Shown here in pieces: positions 26,154 through 57,840 of a stretch of DNA of 64,000 nucleotides. Position 1 is the first letter of the stretch. Every line of letters starts with the position of its first letter. The notes under the pieces are model-generated. The model was given only the letters and a program-made list of their open reading frames with translations, made no database searches and was not told where the DNA came from. A program made the translations under genes and the position numbers. Origin of the DNA: the human T2T-CHM13v2.0 reference genome, Homo sapiens; assembly GCF_009914755.1 (NCBI RefSeq), contig NC_060925.1; one strand, written 5' to 3'.

Positions 26154-29100
26154 GCATGTCCTTGGCCAAGAGCAGACAATTTATATTATTCATTCTTTAT
26201 AGTGAGCGTTTATAAAATTTCATCCATTTATGAGAATAGTTACAAAATCTAGGGAATTAACAGGAAAACTGGACAAGACTTCTACTGAGTATTGTTAAGT
26301 GCCAGTTAAAGTGTACTTCTGGGTAAAATGAGTAATAAAAGTTGCCAAATCTAAAATTGGTTGACTGAAATTTATTCTTAGTTTTACAATAGATCTTAAC
26401 CAAAAGTTTAGAGCTGTGAGGGCTTTTATGACAAAATATGTATATATTTAAGTTTCATTGGTTGCAGAATTACATCAGATCCAACTGATGTAAATGTAAA
26501 TTTATTCAGTGGAAAAAAAACCCCACTACCATAATGCATTCATTTGCATGTGCAATGCCAGTTCAATCTTTCTTTCTCTCTCTTTTTTTTTTTTTTTTGT
26601 AATTTCTTTAACTCTCTCCTTCCAATGCTGTCATTCAGGATAAAAACTGATAGTAGAAAAAACAGTCTAATTGAGATTTTAAACTACATAAAAGATATAA
26701 TTCTAGGCTTTAACTTGATTCCCTCACAAAAATGTCAATTTCCATTTAATATACCTGATAGGAGCACACTTTGATTATGGTGACAATTAAATTATTTTTC
26801 TTTGACTAATGGAGGGATGGGTTTTTCCATGTTATCAGATCTCTGGTTTATTCTAATTGCTGTAGTTCCTTTGAGGATTGCTTCTTGTCTCTTTTTCTCC
26901 TATCCATTCCATTGCACAACCATTTTTAGGAAAATTCAAATAACAATTCTGGAAAAGATTTGAGCTGTTAGATTTTTAGAATGATGAATTAGAAGATGGT
27001 AGCCCAAATTGCTACACAGCTGTGATTTCACAGGGCAGTACTAGGGCCAGGACTCAGTGCCTCTGGATTCCATGAGTAAAGGGTGCTTTGTGTGTCTGCG
27101 TGTGCTGCTTTGCTTTCCAGATCATGGGCATTTCAGTGGAATTTTGTGACCGTTTTCCCTTTTTTCAGAGCATGGGGTCAGCATCGCAGGGGTTTAGGCT
27201 TGAGTTGGGACTGGGAATTCTGGTTATGTCTTGGTGGTGATAAATCTTACATTCCACATGGGAAGAGCTACCCGTGTCTGTCTATATGTTTCTTGAGCTG
27301 TCCTTGGTACATAGCAAGCTCTGGGGGATCTGCAGAACAGAGTTTGTTGCAGGATAGGGTTCACTGCTATCAGCTCACGGTAGTCCTGTATGAAATAAAG
27401 CACTACACTCAAAACATTTCTTTACAACTCTCTTTTCCAGACCTCAGTTTCAGGTAGCTGCCTGGCTACTGGCTGGAAATTTTCAGGCCATTCCGTACTT
27501 ACCGCTACAGTCTCCCGAAGTTAACATGCATGCTCCACCCTTTAGACACAAAGACCTTGAAACCATGACTTGGACACAATTGGTTCAACTCATTCTCTCC
27601 ACTGATCAGAGTTTCCTGAAGAAGCATGGGTTAGTAGTCAAAGCCTTAAGGACATCTACAAAAGAAGGAAGTGAATCTGTAATTAATGTATGTCCTGAGT
27701 TTAACATATTAAAGTAAAAACACCTTTGGTGTTTGGTGCCTCGGTGCTCCTTTCTTCTGGGATATGTTCAGGAAGTGACACACATAAGGTATGGAGTTCA
27801 GTGGCTTTTACTGGAATCCAGGAAAGCCCTGATACAACTCTAATAATCACCCTCCGAATGCAGGTCATCCATGGTAAGTGTGACTGGCCTCCCCAGTAAG
27901 GTTTCCTATTCCATCCTCCTACTCACCTGATTACAGAGCAAATGCCAGGCTCTTGCAACAACCACTGGTCAGGGATCTAGATCAGACACAGCTAAGAGGA
28001 AGGCTGGGTCTGTGGACAGCCTGCTTTGGAGAGCATACCCAAGGGGACAAGAAGCAAGGGATAGATTCCTGGTTGTGGGCAGGAGGGAGGATGCTGGACT
28101 CTTCAGTAGAAGAAAGAGGCTGGCTTTGTGCCAGCCTGGAAAGTGTGCACAGGAAGAGGCATCCTTGTCCTTCTGCATGATAATTAGTTTCCTCTGCCAT
28201 GACTGCCCACTAGTAAAATGTGGTCCAATATATTGGATTAGCAACTTGGCTGGTGGGGAGGAGCTTAGAAGGGGATGACAGAGAAGTTAAGGAAAGAGAA
28301 TTCCTTCCTCTGTGGGCTGAGGCGGAAAAACGGAAGATGCAGACAGGGCCTTCCCTCCCTTTCACCGACAAAACCAGTCGGCCCAGCACCGTGATTTCTG
28401 TGGCCTTCAGGGGTGATTCTAGCTGACTGGGAGGATCTGCCCTCCTACAGTGAATACCGTATTTCCTTGTTTCTAAGACTGCTTAAATTATAAGGCTATT
28501 TAATAATAGCTTCTAAGAAAAAAAAAGAAACACTTCCATGGAAAAGGTCCATAACAGTACTTGCTTGCTGGCCCATCAACTGCACTGTCCTACTTCCCAT
28601 TTCCTGGGGGAACTGGCAAATTTGGCAGAGCAAGCTGTGTCTGGGGAAATTTGGTAACACACCAGGAAGGTGAATGCGCTGGGGAATCTCTGCAGAGGCA
28701 AGCCTAGTCCTACTTTATGCAGCAGCAAAATTGACAAGGTGCCCAGGCATCAGAAAAGGAGCACATTACAGCACTTGTCCTTCAGTGTATCCTCTCTCCT
28801 TATTTACATATTTCCCATAAAAGGTACATCTTCAGCAGCTCCTAAAAGCATACATGCTAATTTTTCTACAGATCTATTATGTATGAATGAGAAAAGTCTG
28901 TTTTTTTCTTGGTGTGTGGAGGATTTGTGCGCGTAACCCCCCATTAGTGTTAATGGCAGATCTATGCATAATTTCCCTAACTCCCAGAATCCGGGGCACC
29001 TAACTAAGCCACATGCAATTACTTACCCACACACTGACAGGGAGTAGGTGCCAGGGCTAAGGAAAATGGGGTCTGGGCTGGGATTTTAAGTTCTCACACT

Positions 29101-29599
29101 TTGGTTGTCTGTGTTCAAAAAAGGTTACAAAGGATGTAAACAGAAGAAATTTCCTTATCTTAAAACCCCTATGAAACATTTCAGGGCTTCATTAAGACGT
29201 GTCTCTGCCCATAAGACTATAAACTAGTGGAAGTCAGGGACTGCAAAGCTCTGTAGAGTAGCTGGCCCAGGGAAGGCACATAGTGCCTGGGTTTTGTTGT
29301 TGTTGTTACTTGAGTGACTGAACTAATGAAAGAATAAACAAAATAAGGATTTTGTTACTAGGTTTGGTGATTCCCCGGATTTTGGTCTTAGATTTGCCTC
29401 TGGATTTTGATCTTAGATTAGGGCATTCATCTACCTGGTGGGTTACCGAATTTCCCCGGATACAGCTCACTTTGCCAAATTTGCCAATTCCCCTAGGGAA
29501 AGGGAAGTAGGACAGCACAGTTGATTGGTCGTTCAACTTTTGGGTTGGGAGCCATTAGCTGCTACCATGCAACATGTTTCTTAGATGTCAGAAACCTTA

Positions 29600-29780
29600 C
29601 CTCCATTGTTACAGTGAATCCTCCTAATTACCTTATTATTTCCATTTAGACCTGAGTGAACCAAAGCTAGGAGAACATAAGTTATTTGTGTAAGATCTCA
29701 CAGCTAGTACAAAATACAACTAGAATTTGAACGTGGACCTTTTGACTACAAAGTTCATTTTCTTTCTTTTACAATATCTC
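29600..29780 (-). mobile_element. MIR fragment
   Basis: attatt.tccattt...agttattt...aag.tc.cacagctagta...agaatttgaac. Confidence 0.55.
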
Positions 29781-29934
29781 CCTACTTCTGTTCTATTACC
29801 CCATCATGACACTCTCTCTAAACAGCTAGCAATCCTACTCCTACGCCTACTTATTTATACTCATACCTACAGTTGTCTGAATATGAAAACCTAAGCTTCT
29901 GATACGGTAAAGATGCTCCCCTACCCCCCACATC

Positions 29935-30148
29935 TTTTTTTTTTTTTAATGTTTAAACTTTTATTTTAGGCTCAGGGGTCCATGTGCAGGTTTGTTATAT
30001 AGGGAAACTCATGTCACAGGGGTTTGGTGTACAGATTATTTCACCACGCAGGTACTAAGCATAGCACTCAATAGTTACTTTTTCTGATGCTCTCCCTCCT
30101 CAAGCCTCAAGTAGGCCCCAGAATCTGTTGTTTCCTCTGTGTCCTCTG
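29935..30148 (-). mobile_element. 5'-truncated L1PA15/16-like 3' end
   Basis: ttttattttagg.tcaggggt.catgtgcaggtttgttatatagg.aaactc.tgtca..ggggtttggtgtacagattattt. Confidence 0.85.
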
Positions 30149-30407
30149 TTGGACAAGCAGTGCCTGAGATAATTGTCCAGGAACCTTTAGAGACTTGCCC
30201 GAGTGAGCAGCTGGCCAGCGCCTGAACTGTGGACATCGAAGACAGTCCATTGGGCAGGAGAGTTGCTGACAACCTTGCCTTCATGATTACATGACTGAAT
30301 CATTAACGAATAAAAACATTTCATGCAAAGCAATTCAAAGCTGCAAGATAATCACTTCAGTAAGATTAGAATCTTACTTGACAGTATAGGAAGAATAAGA
30401 GAGATCC

Positions 30408-30446
30408 AGAGAGCGAGAGTGAGTCAGAGAGAGAGAGAGAGAGAGA
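30408..30446. repeat. (GA)n microsatellite
   Basis: Directly visible. Confidence 0.9.
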
Positions 30447-31079
30447 CATTCTTTGAGTTGATAAATTACACCAGTTGCTCAGTTTACTAATTTACATTGA
30501 GAATTGTGTTAATTAACTTGCTCTGGAGGAGAATCTACTATTGATACTTGATGTCAGCTTATTCATCATAATGTGTAGAAATAATCTGAACTGCTGTGGC
30601 TAGAAAAAGGAAAGAGTATATACTAGAATGTGGGATCTCTGTCAAAGAGTCTAAGGCAGTAAAGAATGCTTTGTAAGAGTGTCTGACACCATGAGCCAAT
30701 ACACATACATAAATGTGTGAACATAAATGTTTGCTTTGGGATGGCTGACTCATTCAAAGCACAACTGGACATATGTATTGTGAAGAGCAAGGATATAGTC
30801 TGGGGTCACTGTATACAAAAGGAATGAGGCAAACATGTTGAGGCTTTTTGCTTGCCTGAATTACAGATCTAGTGAGGAGAAAAATAGCTCATCTTCCCCA
30901 ATTATCTTGCTGTCTTTGGGTTTCTCTATCTATGTGCTTGGAAGCTTCTTACTGAAGCATAGTGTGAGTTGGAGTCTACTGTAGTTACAATGTACTGTGT
31001 GCTGAACTGGTTTGGAAAGAAGTTGGTATGTGTCATATGTATTAAGAAGGGGAGTAATCTATCAAAGTATAATGAAGAA

Positions 31080-34045
<2,966 letters not shown>

Positions 34046-34340
34046 TTGTGAGGTTTAAATGAGGTCATGGTACATATAATTAATGTTTTAAAAAGTAAGC
34101 TATTCTTTTTTTATTTTTTATTTATTTATTTATTTATTATACTTTAAGTTTTAGGGTACATGTGCACATTGTGCAGGTTAGTTACATACGTATACATGTG
34201 CCATGCTGGTGTGCTGCACCCACTAACTCGTCATCTAGCATTAGGTATATCTCCCAATGCTATCCCTCCCCCCTCCCCCCACCCCACAACAGTCCCCAGA
34301 GTGTGATGTTCCCCTTCCTGTGTCCATGTGTTCTCATTGT

Positions 34341-39242
<4,902 letters not shown>

Positions 39243-41879
39243 AAATCTATATTCAAAAGTAAGCTATTCTTAATTTTCTTTGTAGAACTAGGAGCAAAGA
39301 TGGAAGTGGTTGTTAGAAAAATCTTTCTACCATGCCTTTTCAGCAATGAAAATAGGCAGGAAATAGTAAGCTTTTGTTTTGAATCACAGAAAATATTTAC
39401 ATAGGCTGGAGAAGAGAGGCTTTCTTCTGAAAAAACCCTCCTCATTTCTCAGTGACCTCTGTATTTCTCCCCAAATTTCAGATTCCATAATACTTTTGAT
39501 AATGTCTCAGCAAAATAGTGCTAGGGAGAGCTGATGTAGAGATCAGTTCTTCTGAATCCTAGGTTAGTGATATGTCTATGACTAATCTTTAGAATTGCCT
39601 CTTCAATTTTAACTAAACTATCCATGAAAATGGCCATGAAAGAGAAACAAACTTTAAAATTGAGTGTGAGAATGTTTTCTAAGTGTAGAGTTTATAACAA
39701 TTTTGTTTTAAGTGTCTACTTACACAGTTTTTGTCTCTTTGAATGTGTCAATATCCTAGCCATGATAAGATCAGTGATTTTACTCAAAGGGTAGAAAAAG
39801 ACTAAATAGCCTAAAGATTTCCCCAAGAAGTGCTTTTATAATACCCCAATGAATTACCAAGGGATAAAGTGAATTCCTGGAAAACAAACCAGACCCTAAG
39901 GTGAATTTTCTTCTAAAAATTATATGGAGTTAAAAGGAAAAGGTAAAAATAAAAGTATAGGGGTGGAATGTGTTTCAAAATATTGGCTGGGTTTATTGCA
40001 TCTCCAGATTGCTTTAGCTACTTGAGAAAACCCCCGAGGGCCCCATGACTGGTCTCCAAAGTTGTCCACTTAAGGAAGAGTGTCTCAAAGGAAACTCCCA
40101 AAGGCCATTTGAGTTCCAGGAGCTTGTTTTTCAGCCTCTTTTTAAAATTTGCCTGAAAAACCCTTTGGAGAACTGTGATAGGAGAGATGGGAATTTGACA
40201 AGCCTCTATTCTGGATCGCAGAATCCGCCTTTCCAGCCTCTGGACATTACAAATGAGGAGAGTGAAGCCCTGTGAGATGGCATGACCTAACTCAAATCAC
40301 AAGCTGGTTCCTGGGACAGCTAGGGCTATTCTCTCATTTAACAAATATTCACTAAATACATAGTGTGTGAATTGCATCTAGTCCAGGACTCTTTATACCA
40401 CATCACAAGCCTCCCTTCATGAATTATAATAATGTGAAAAGAGCTTATCAGAATCTTTTAAAAACTAGCCTCTCTGAATGTATCATTGAGATATGTCTGG
40501 GGAAATTCAGCACCTGTGGTGACAGGAAAGAGGCTCAATCAGAATAGGAAGTGAGTGGCTGTGTGCCAGAGCATGATGTGTTTCTGCTGAGAGGGAGATT
40601 TCCATGCAAAAGTGGGACCAGAGGTCAGAGACCAAACACAATGGTCAAATGTGAATTAAGCACAATTAATGAGTCTGGACTCAAATTAATTGAGTTCTTA
40701 CCCGATAAACAGTCAGGTCATACTAGCACTTGAATTCAATGTTGCAACAGCAAGAAAATAGAGGATGTTGAATTGGTTATATTATTATTCAGAAGAGAAG
40801 GGATGCTGGTGTTGTCAAGTACAAACTCTTGTCAGATGCCTTTATCTGCTCAGATCTCCAGTTACTGTTCAAAGTTCAAGTTTCACTAGCTATGAATTGC
40901 ACAATTATGTCAGCTTCTCAGGTTCAATCGAGACAACATCAGAGAAAAAGGAACCATGTTCAGTAGAAATAAGCAAAAGCTGTTTGCATTTCTGGAGTGG
41001 AGGAGAAACAGTAACGTGCGGATGTGGGACAAGACAAGGGATGCTACCAGAAAAATTGCCTTCTGATATTCCGATATCAATGAAGTTTGGTCTCTTCTTT
41101 CACTTAAATTTTACAAAAGTTCTAAGCAAGAGAGACAGCAGTTTAGCAGGCTCTGTTAATGTTCTCACTGTAGTGAAAAAAAGCCCAACCATTGTGAATC
41201 TGAATCATGCTTGGCTGATTTTGAAATAGGGACTTCTTTTGTATAGATGATACCTTTGGGCAAATTAGGAAAAGGTGACATAAAAGACATTTTTGAGTGG
41301 ACCAATTGGGAAATAATAGTACTTCTAGGATGCAGTCTAGCACTGAGGCTCAGATCTTGGAGACAAGAGCATGAATTGGATTTCAAACCCAGCTTGACCC
41401 TTTGGCTGGGCACCTTGTGTGGGGTGTGGTTTTGCCTAATTGTCTGCTTTGAAAACTTAAATGATTTCTGAACTTCTCTCTTGGTCGATATAAGCTGTCA
41501 TAGGTCTCTTGTTAGGCCTGGGGTTTGTTGCAAAGGTGTAAGTCAGCAGTAACCTAAGACTTTAGGCATGGAGCAAGGGAACTTAAAAAGGCAATGTCTA
41601 CTGGCAAAGGTGGGGCCGAGGACCAGACAGTCCAAATGATTGCCACATCCAAAGGGAATGGGCAGAAAAGCAGAAACTGGATTTAACCAGACAGTAAGGT
41701 GGCAAAAGCAGTCTCAGGAGGGAAGATGGCAGGGGCCTGGGTGATTCCCAAAGGTGCAGGTCCTGCTGGCATGCTGAGCTGGATTGGACAGGGGTCAGCA
41801 GTGGCTGTGGGTGAGGCTCTGAGGGAGGAAGGCAGTAATTGTAGTGGTTGAGTCCTTGCTAGCTCTGGAGCTGCACTGC

Positions 41880-43465
41880 TGGGATTCAAATTCTAACAGT
41901 GCTCAGCCTAAAAACTCAGAATCATCCCTGACTCCTTTTATTTCATCATACCCCATATCCAGTCCACCAGCAAATCCCGTTGGCCCTACTTTCAAAATAT
42001 ATTCAGATGATAACCACTTTTCACCATTGCCGCTACTCCTGTTTGAAGCCATTGAAGTAGCCGCCCAACTAATATCTCTGCTTTTGCCCTTGTTTCAACC
42101 CCTTGCCTCCACCTGAGTTTATTCTCATCACAGCAGCCAGAGTGAATCTCTGTGAAGGGTCCTGCCGCTCCTCTGCTCAACTTTTCCTGTGACTTCCCAT
42201 CTCAGACTGAAACTGGGAGTCTTCACAATGACTTTCAAGACCTGTGTGATCTGAATTCCCATCCTCTTGGCCCTCATCTCCTAACACTACCTGAAGGGAA
42301 AACTAACAAACAAATAGTTTTTTTCCTTCCCCTCTCGCGCTCTCAACACAGAACACCTCACTTTGGTAAGCAAAATGTGTGTGGGGACTTCTCCCTACCA
42401 ACAACTAATCAATTCTCCATTGGACACCAACTGTGAATAATTTACCTCAATTCTGACAGTACCTGGAGATCGCTTCAGATCCCACAGGTTGAGGGCTCAG
42501 TCCCACAGGGCTGCCCTCCCCCCACTTCAGATGCTAATTGCAAGCACAAATTGTGACCTGTATTTCTGACCAATCAGATATGAATCAGAGTTCCCACAAC
42601 CCCTTCCCCGGGTTCAATTAATTTGCTAGAGCAGCTCACAGAACTCAGGGAAACACTTTATTTACATTGACCCATTTATTATAAAGCATATTACAAAGGA
42701 TACAAACAAGCAGTCAGATGAAAAAATGCACAGGGCAAGGAACAGGGAAGGGGCCCAGAGCTTTCATGTCCTCTCTGGGCACCTCATCCTGCAGGAATCT
42801 TCACCTGTTCAGCTGTTTGGAAAAATTCTCTGAACTCTGTCCTTTTGGGGTTTCATGGAGGCTTTATTACACAGGCATGATTGATTACATCATTGGCCAT
42901 TGGTAATAACTCAACCTTCACTCTCTCTCCCCTCCCTGGAAGTTGGGTGGTGGGACTGAAAGCTTCAACCCTCTCATCACATGATTGGTTCCCCTGGCAA
43001 CCAGTCTCCCTCTTGAAGCTGTCTAGGATTCCCCATTCACCAGTCATCTCATGATCATACAAAAAGGCATTTATCACTGAAGAGATGCCAAAGTCTTTAG
43101 GAAGTGTGTGCCAGGAAACTAGAGGAAGAATATATATATATATATATACACATACACACATACATATACATTTCACAACATTACAGTCCCCCTTGAATAT
43201 GTCACTTAAACCATGTTGACCTCCTTGCTGTTCCTTGAGCAAGCCAAGGGTGCTCTTGCCTTGAGGCACTTGTTCTTTCTGATTTCTACCTTGAGCACTC
43301 TCCTCCCAATTAGTCGCTTCCTTCAGGTTTTTTCTTCAAATGCCACCCAGCAGAGGACTTCCCAAATTACCCTATCTAAAATAGCAACTGACTGTATATT
43401 GCACACTGCATTGCCTCTCTTTTCTTTACTTTTCTTCTTAGTAAGCCTCAACTTCTGATATAATA
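41880..43465 (+). mobile_element. L2 split by MER21
   Basis: aaaactc.gaatcatcc.tgactcc..., cacagcagccagagtga.ct, cctccttgctgttccttgagca.gccaag. Confidence 0.75.
42292..43185 (-). mobile_element. MER21-family solo LTR
   Basis: caattctgaca.tacctggagat.gc.tcagatcccacaggttgagggctcagtcccaca; tcaattaatttgctagagc.gctcacagaactcagggaaacac; ends atttcacaa.at.aca. Confidence 0.88.
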
Positions 43466-43506
43466 TCTATTTTAATATTATTGAGGTACAGTGTATACAT
43501 AGTTAG

Positions 43507-43795
<289 letters not shown>

Positions 43796-43836
43796 TAAGT
43801 GCACCAGTTGTTTGTTTTTATTGCAGAGTAGCTCCC

Positions 43837-46276
<2,440 letters not shown>

Positions 46277-47490
46277 CACCCAATTGGATAAATGTGCCAT
46301 GATGTATTTGCCTAGTCATTTTTTGATAGACAATTTGGTTGTTTCCAGTTGAGGACTATATTAAGAATAAAGGTATTATGATCCTTCTTCTACAAGTTTG
46401 TGTAGACACGTACTTTAATTTCTCTTGGATAAATACCTAAAAGTGGGAGTAATGGGCCATATGGTAAATATGTATGTAACTTTATAAAAAATTGACAAAA
46501 GGTTTTTTGAAACAGTTGTTCAACTTTACACTCTCACCAGCAATGTATGACAGTTCCAGTTGCTCTACACTCTCTCCAGCATTTAGTTTTATCTGTCTTT
46601 CTAATTTTTGCCATTTACTGAATACATAGAGATATCGTTGTTGTTTAATTTGCTTTTCCCTGGCAACTAATGATGTTGAATACCTTTTCATTGGGTTCTG
46701 GCCATATATATTCATATATCTTGTTTTATGAGAGGCTGTTCAAATCTGTTGCTGATATTATCAATGCACTGTCTTTTTGCTATTAGTCGGAGCTCTTTAT
46801 ACATTCTGATCATAAGTTCTTTGCTGGAGGGATGTGTTATGAATATTTTTTCTCACTTTTTTTGCCTATTCATTTTCTTTTTTTGTTTTGACAAGCAGAA
46901 GCTTTACATTTTGTCCACCAGTCATTTTCAAAATTTTCTTTTTAATGCTCTTTAAGACTTGCCTAAGAAAATTTTTCTTATTCAAGTTCATGAAAATATT
47001 CTCTTATGTTTTCTTCTAGAAGCTTTGTAGTTTCAACTTTTGTAATTGGATCTATGAGCCATCCAAAATTAATTTTTGTTCATGGTGTGAGGTAGGAGTT
47101 GAAATTATTTTTTTGTCATATAGTTATCCAGTTCTTCTAGAATTATTTGTTAGAAAGTTTCCTTTCCCCTCTGAATTCCTTATTGCCTCTGTAAACAATT
47201 GATGATATATATGTGGGTCTATTTATGTATTCTTTATTCTGTTCATTTGATCTGTTTGCTTCTCCTATTCCTTACTGCCTAGATTACAGTAGTTTTATTA
47301 TGTCTTTAAATCAGGTAGTATAAATCTTCCGTATTATCTTTCAAGATTATTTTGTTTTTTACATAACTTACTTGTTTCCTTTATTTCATATACATTTTAG
47401 GATCCATTTATCAATTTTTACAAAAATGCCTGTTTGGACTTTGATTACAATAGCATAGCATCTATTGATCAACTTGGGGAGATTAAAATC

Positions 47491-47882
47491 TGTATTATTT
47501 TGGTAGTACTACCATGACAAAATACCACTGATGTGGTGGCTTAAATGACAGAACTTTATTGTCTCACAGTTCTGGAGGCTAGAAGTCCAAGATAAAGGTG
47601 TCAGCAGGTTTGGTTTCTTCTGAGGCCTCTTTACTTGGCTTGCAGATGGCTGCCTTCTTGATGTGTCCTCACAAGGTTGCCCCTGAATCTGTGTGTTGCC
47701 TGTGTACTAATTTCCTCTCCTCATAAGGACACTAGTCCTATCAGACTATGGCCTGCCTATATGACCTCATTTTATCTTATTTACCTCTTTAAAGGTGTTA
47801 TTTTCCAATACAGTCACATTCTCAAATAATGGGAATTAGGAGCTTAACATGAATCTTAGAGGACACAATTCAGCCCATAACA
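47491..47882 (-). mobile_element. MaLR solo LTR (MLT1A/B-like)
   Basis: tgtatta...aaataccac...tctcacagttctggaggctagaagtccaagat...ggacacaattcagcccataaca; TSD aaatc/acatc. Confidence 0.88.
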
Positions 47883-48594
47883 ACATCTCAACAATATTAA
47901 ATCTTTTCATCTTTGAATATGGTGTATCTTTCTATGTATTTAATATTTGAATATGATATATCTTTCTATTTATTTAAGTTATCTTTAACTTCTCTTAATT
48001 CTTTGTAGTTTTCAGTGTGCAGGTCTTGCACCTTAATAATTTATATGTAAGTATTTGTGTTTAATGTTTTGGGTGCTACTATTGATAGTATTTTTTTCAA
48101 ATTCAATTCTTAGTTACTAGTATACAGAAATTCAATAAATTTTTGACTGTTGATGATGTAAATTGATACTTGCTAAATTCACTTATTCTCATAGTGTATT
48201 TTTGGTGTGTGCCTTCTTTTGGATTTTTTACATACATAATCATATTGTCTTTGAATAAACATTGTCGGATGTTGTTTACAATCTGTTATTTTGCTTTTTT
48301 TCCTCTTGCCTTTCTGCACTTGTTAGGACTTCCAGTACAATGTGGAATAGTTTTGATGATTCTTGCCTTTCTGCTGATCTTAGGGGAAATGTATTCAATT
48401 TTTTACCACTAAATAGCTGCATGTTTTTCATAGATGCCCTTTATTAGATTGAGGAATCTCCTTTCTATTAGTACTTTGCAGAGGTTTTTATTATAAACGA
48501 TGTTGAATTACGTCAAATTATTTTTAAAAAATCTATTGATACAATTATTTGTTTTCTTTCTCTTAATTTTCTTAATGTAATGAATTGATTGGTT

Positions 48595-56444
<7,850 letters not shown>

Positions 56445-56448
56445 TTAA

Positions 56449-56757
<309 letters not shown>

Positions 56758-57319
56758 TTTAATTGGTTTTTGAAAGTTAAACCAACTTTACATTCCTGGG
56801 ACAAAACCCAATTGATCATGTGGTATCATTCTTTTCAAATATTATTGGATTTCATTTACTAATATTTCATTTTTCTTTCCTTTTAATGTCTTTGTCAGCT
56901 TATAAGGTCAGGGTTATACTGAACTTACAAACAAGTTAAGAAATATTTCTTCATTCTCTATTTTCTTAATGATTTTGTATAAAATTGGCTATCTTTATAT
57001 TTTAAAAATATTTGATTAAATATGCAAATAAAGCCACCGGGAAATGTTTTGAATTATGGCTCTAAGCTCTTTAACAGGTATAAGGCTATTGATTTGTATT
57101 TGTATTTAATTTTTATGTATTTTCAATTTTTTTCTTGTTTCTTGTTTTTTTGTTTCTTGTTCAGTAAGTTGTATCTTTCAAAGAATTTGTCCATTTTATG
57201 TATGCCAACACATTTAGTGGCATACCTTTTCATAAGATTCCCTTATTATCTTTTAAGTATCTGAAAGACCTATAATAACATCTCTTCTTTTTTCCCCTGT
57301 TATTGGTTGTGTGTGTGGT

Positions 57320-57840
57320 TTTTTTATAATGGACTTTTTTGAGGAGCAGTTTTAAACGTTTACAAAAAAATTGAGCCGAAAACATAGAGTTCCCATATGC
57401 CCCCTTATTGCTTCACATCAGTTTCCCCTATTACTAATACCTTGCATTAATGTCATTCATTTGTTACAGCAATGAGCCAATATTGATACATTCTTATTGA
57501 CTAAAGTTCATAGTTTACATTAGAGTTCACTCTGTATTGTACATTTTATGGGTTTTGACAAATATATAATGATATGTATCCACCATTACCGTGTCATACT
57601 GAACAATTTCACTCTCCTAAAAATTCCCTGCACTCTACCTACTTATGCCTACTTTTCTCCTCCCAGGCTCTTGGTAACCACAGGCCTTTCTACTGTCTTT
57701 ATAGCTTTATCTTTTCCTGGATGTCATATAATAGGAAGCACACAATATGTAGCCTTTTTCAGATTGGCTTCTTTCACTTAGCAATATGCATTTAAAGGTT
57801 TCTTTATGTCTTTTTGTAGCTTGATAGCTCATTTCCTTTT
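57320..57840 (-). mobile_element. L1MC1/2-like 3' end
   Basis: gagcagtttta...aaaattgagc.gaaa.catagagttcccatat; aatgagccaatattgatacatt; tatgggttttgacaaat. Confidence 0.8.

Noticed and set aside
27720-28230. Possible old ERVL LTR
   Set aside because: LTR-like impression only; no diagnostic motif or termini I could verify.
29790-29880. Mitochondrial-looking C/A-rich stretch (ctagcaatcctactcctacgcc)
   Set aside because: Compositional resemblance only; I could not align it to any mtDNA gene.
40503-40526. REST half-site TTCAGCACC
   Set aside because: The second half-site GGACAG is absent at canonical spacing.
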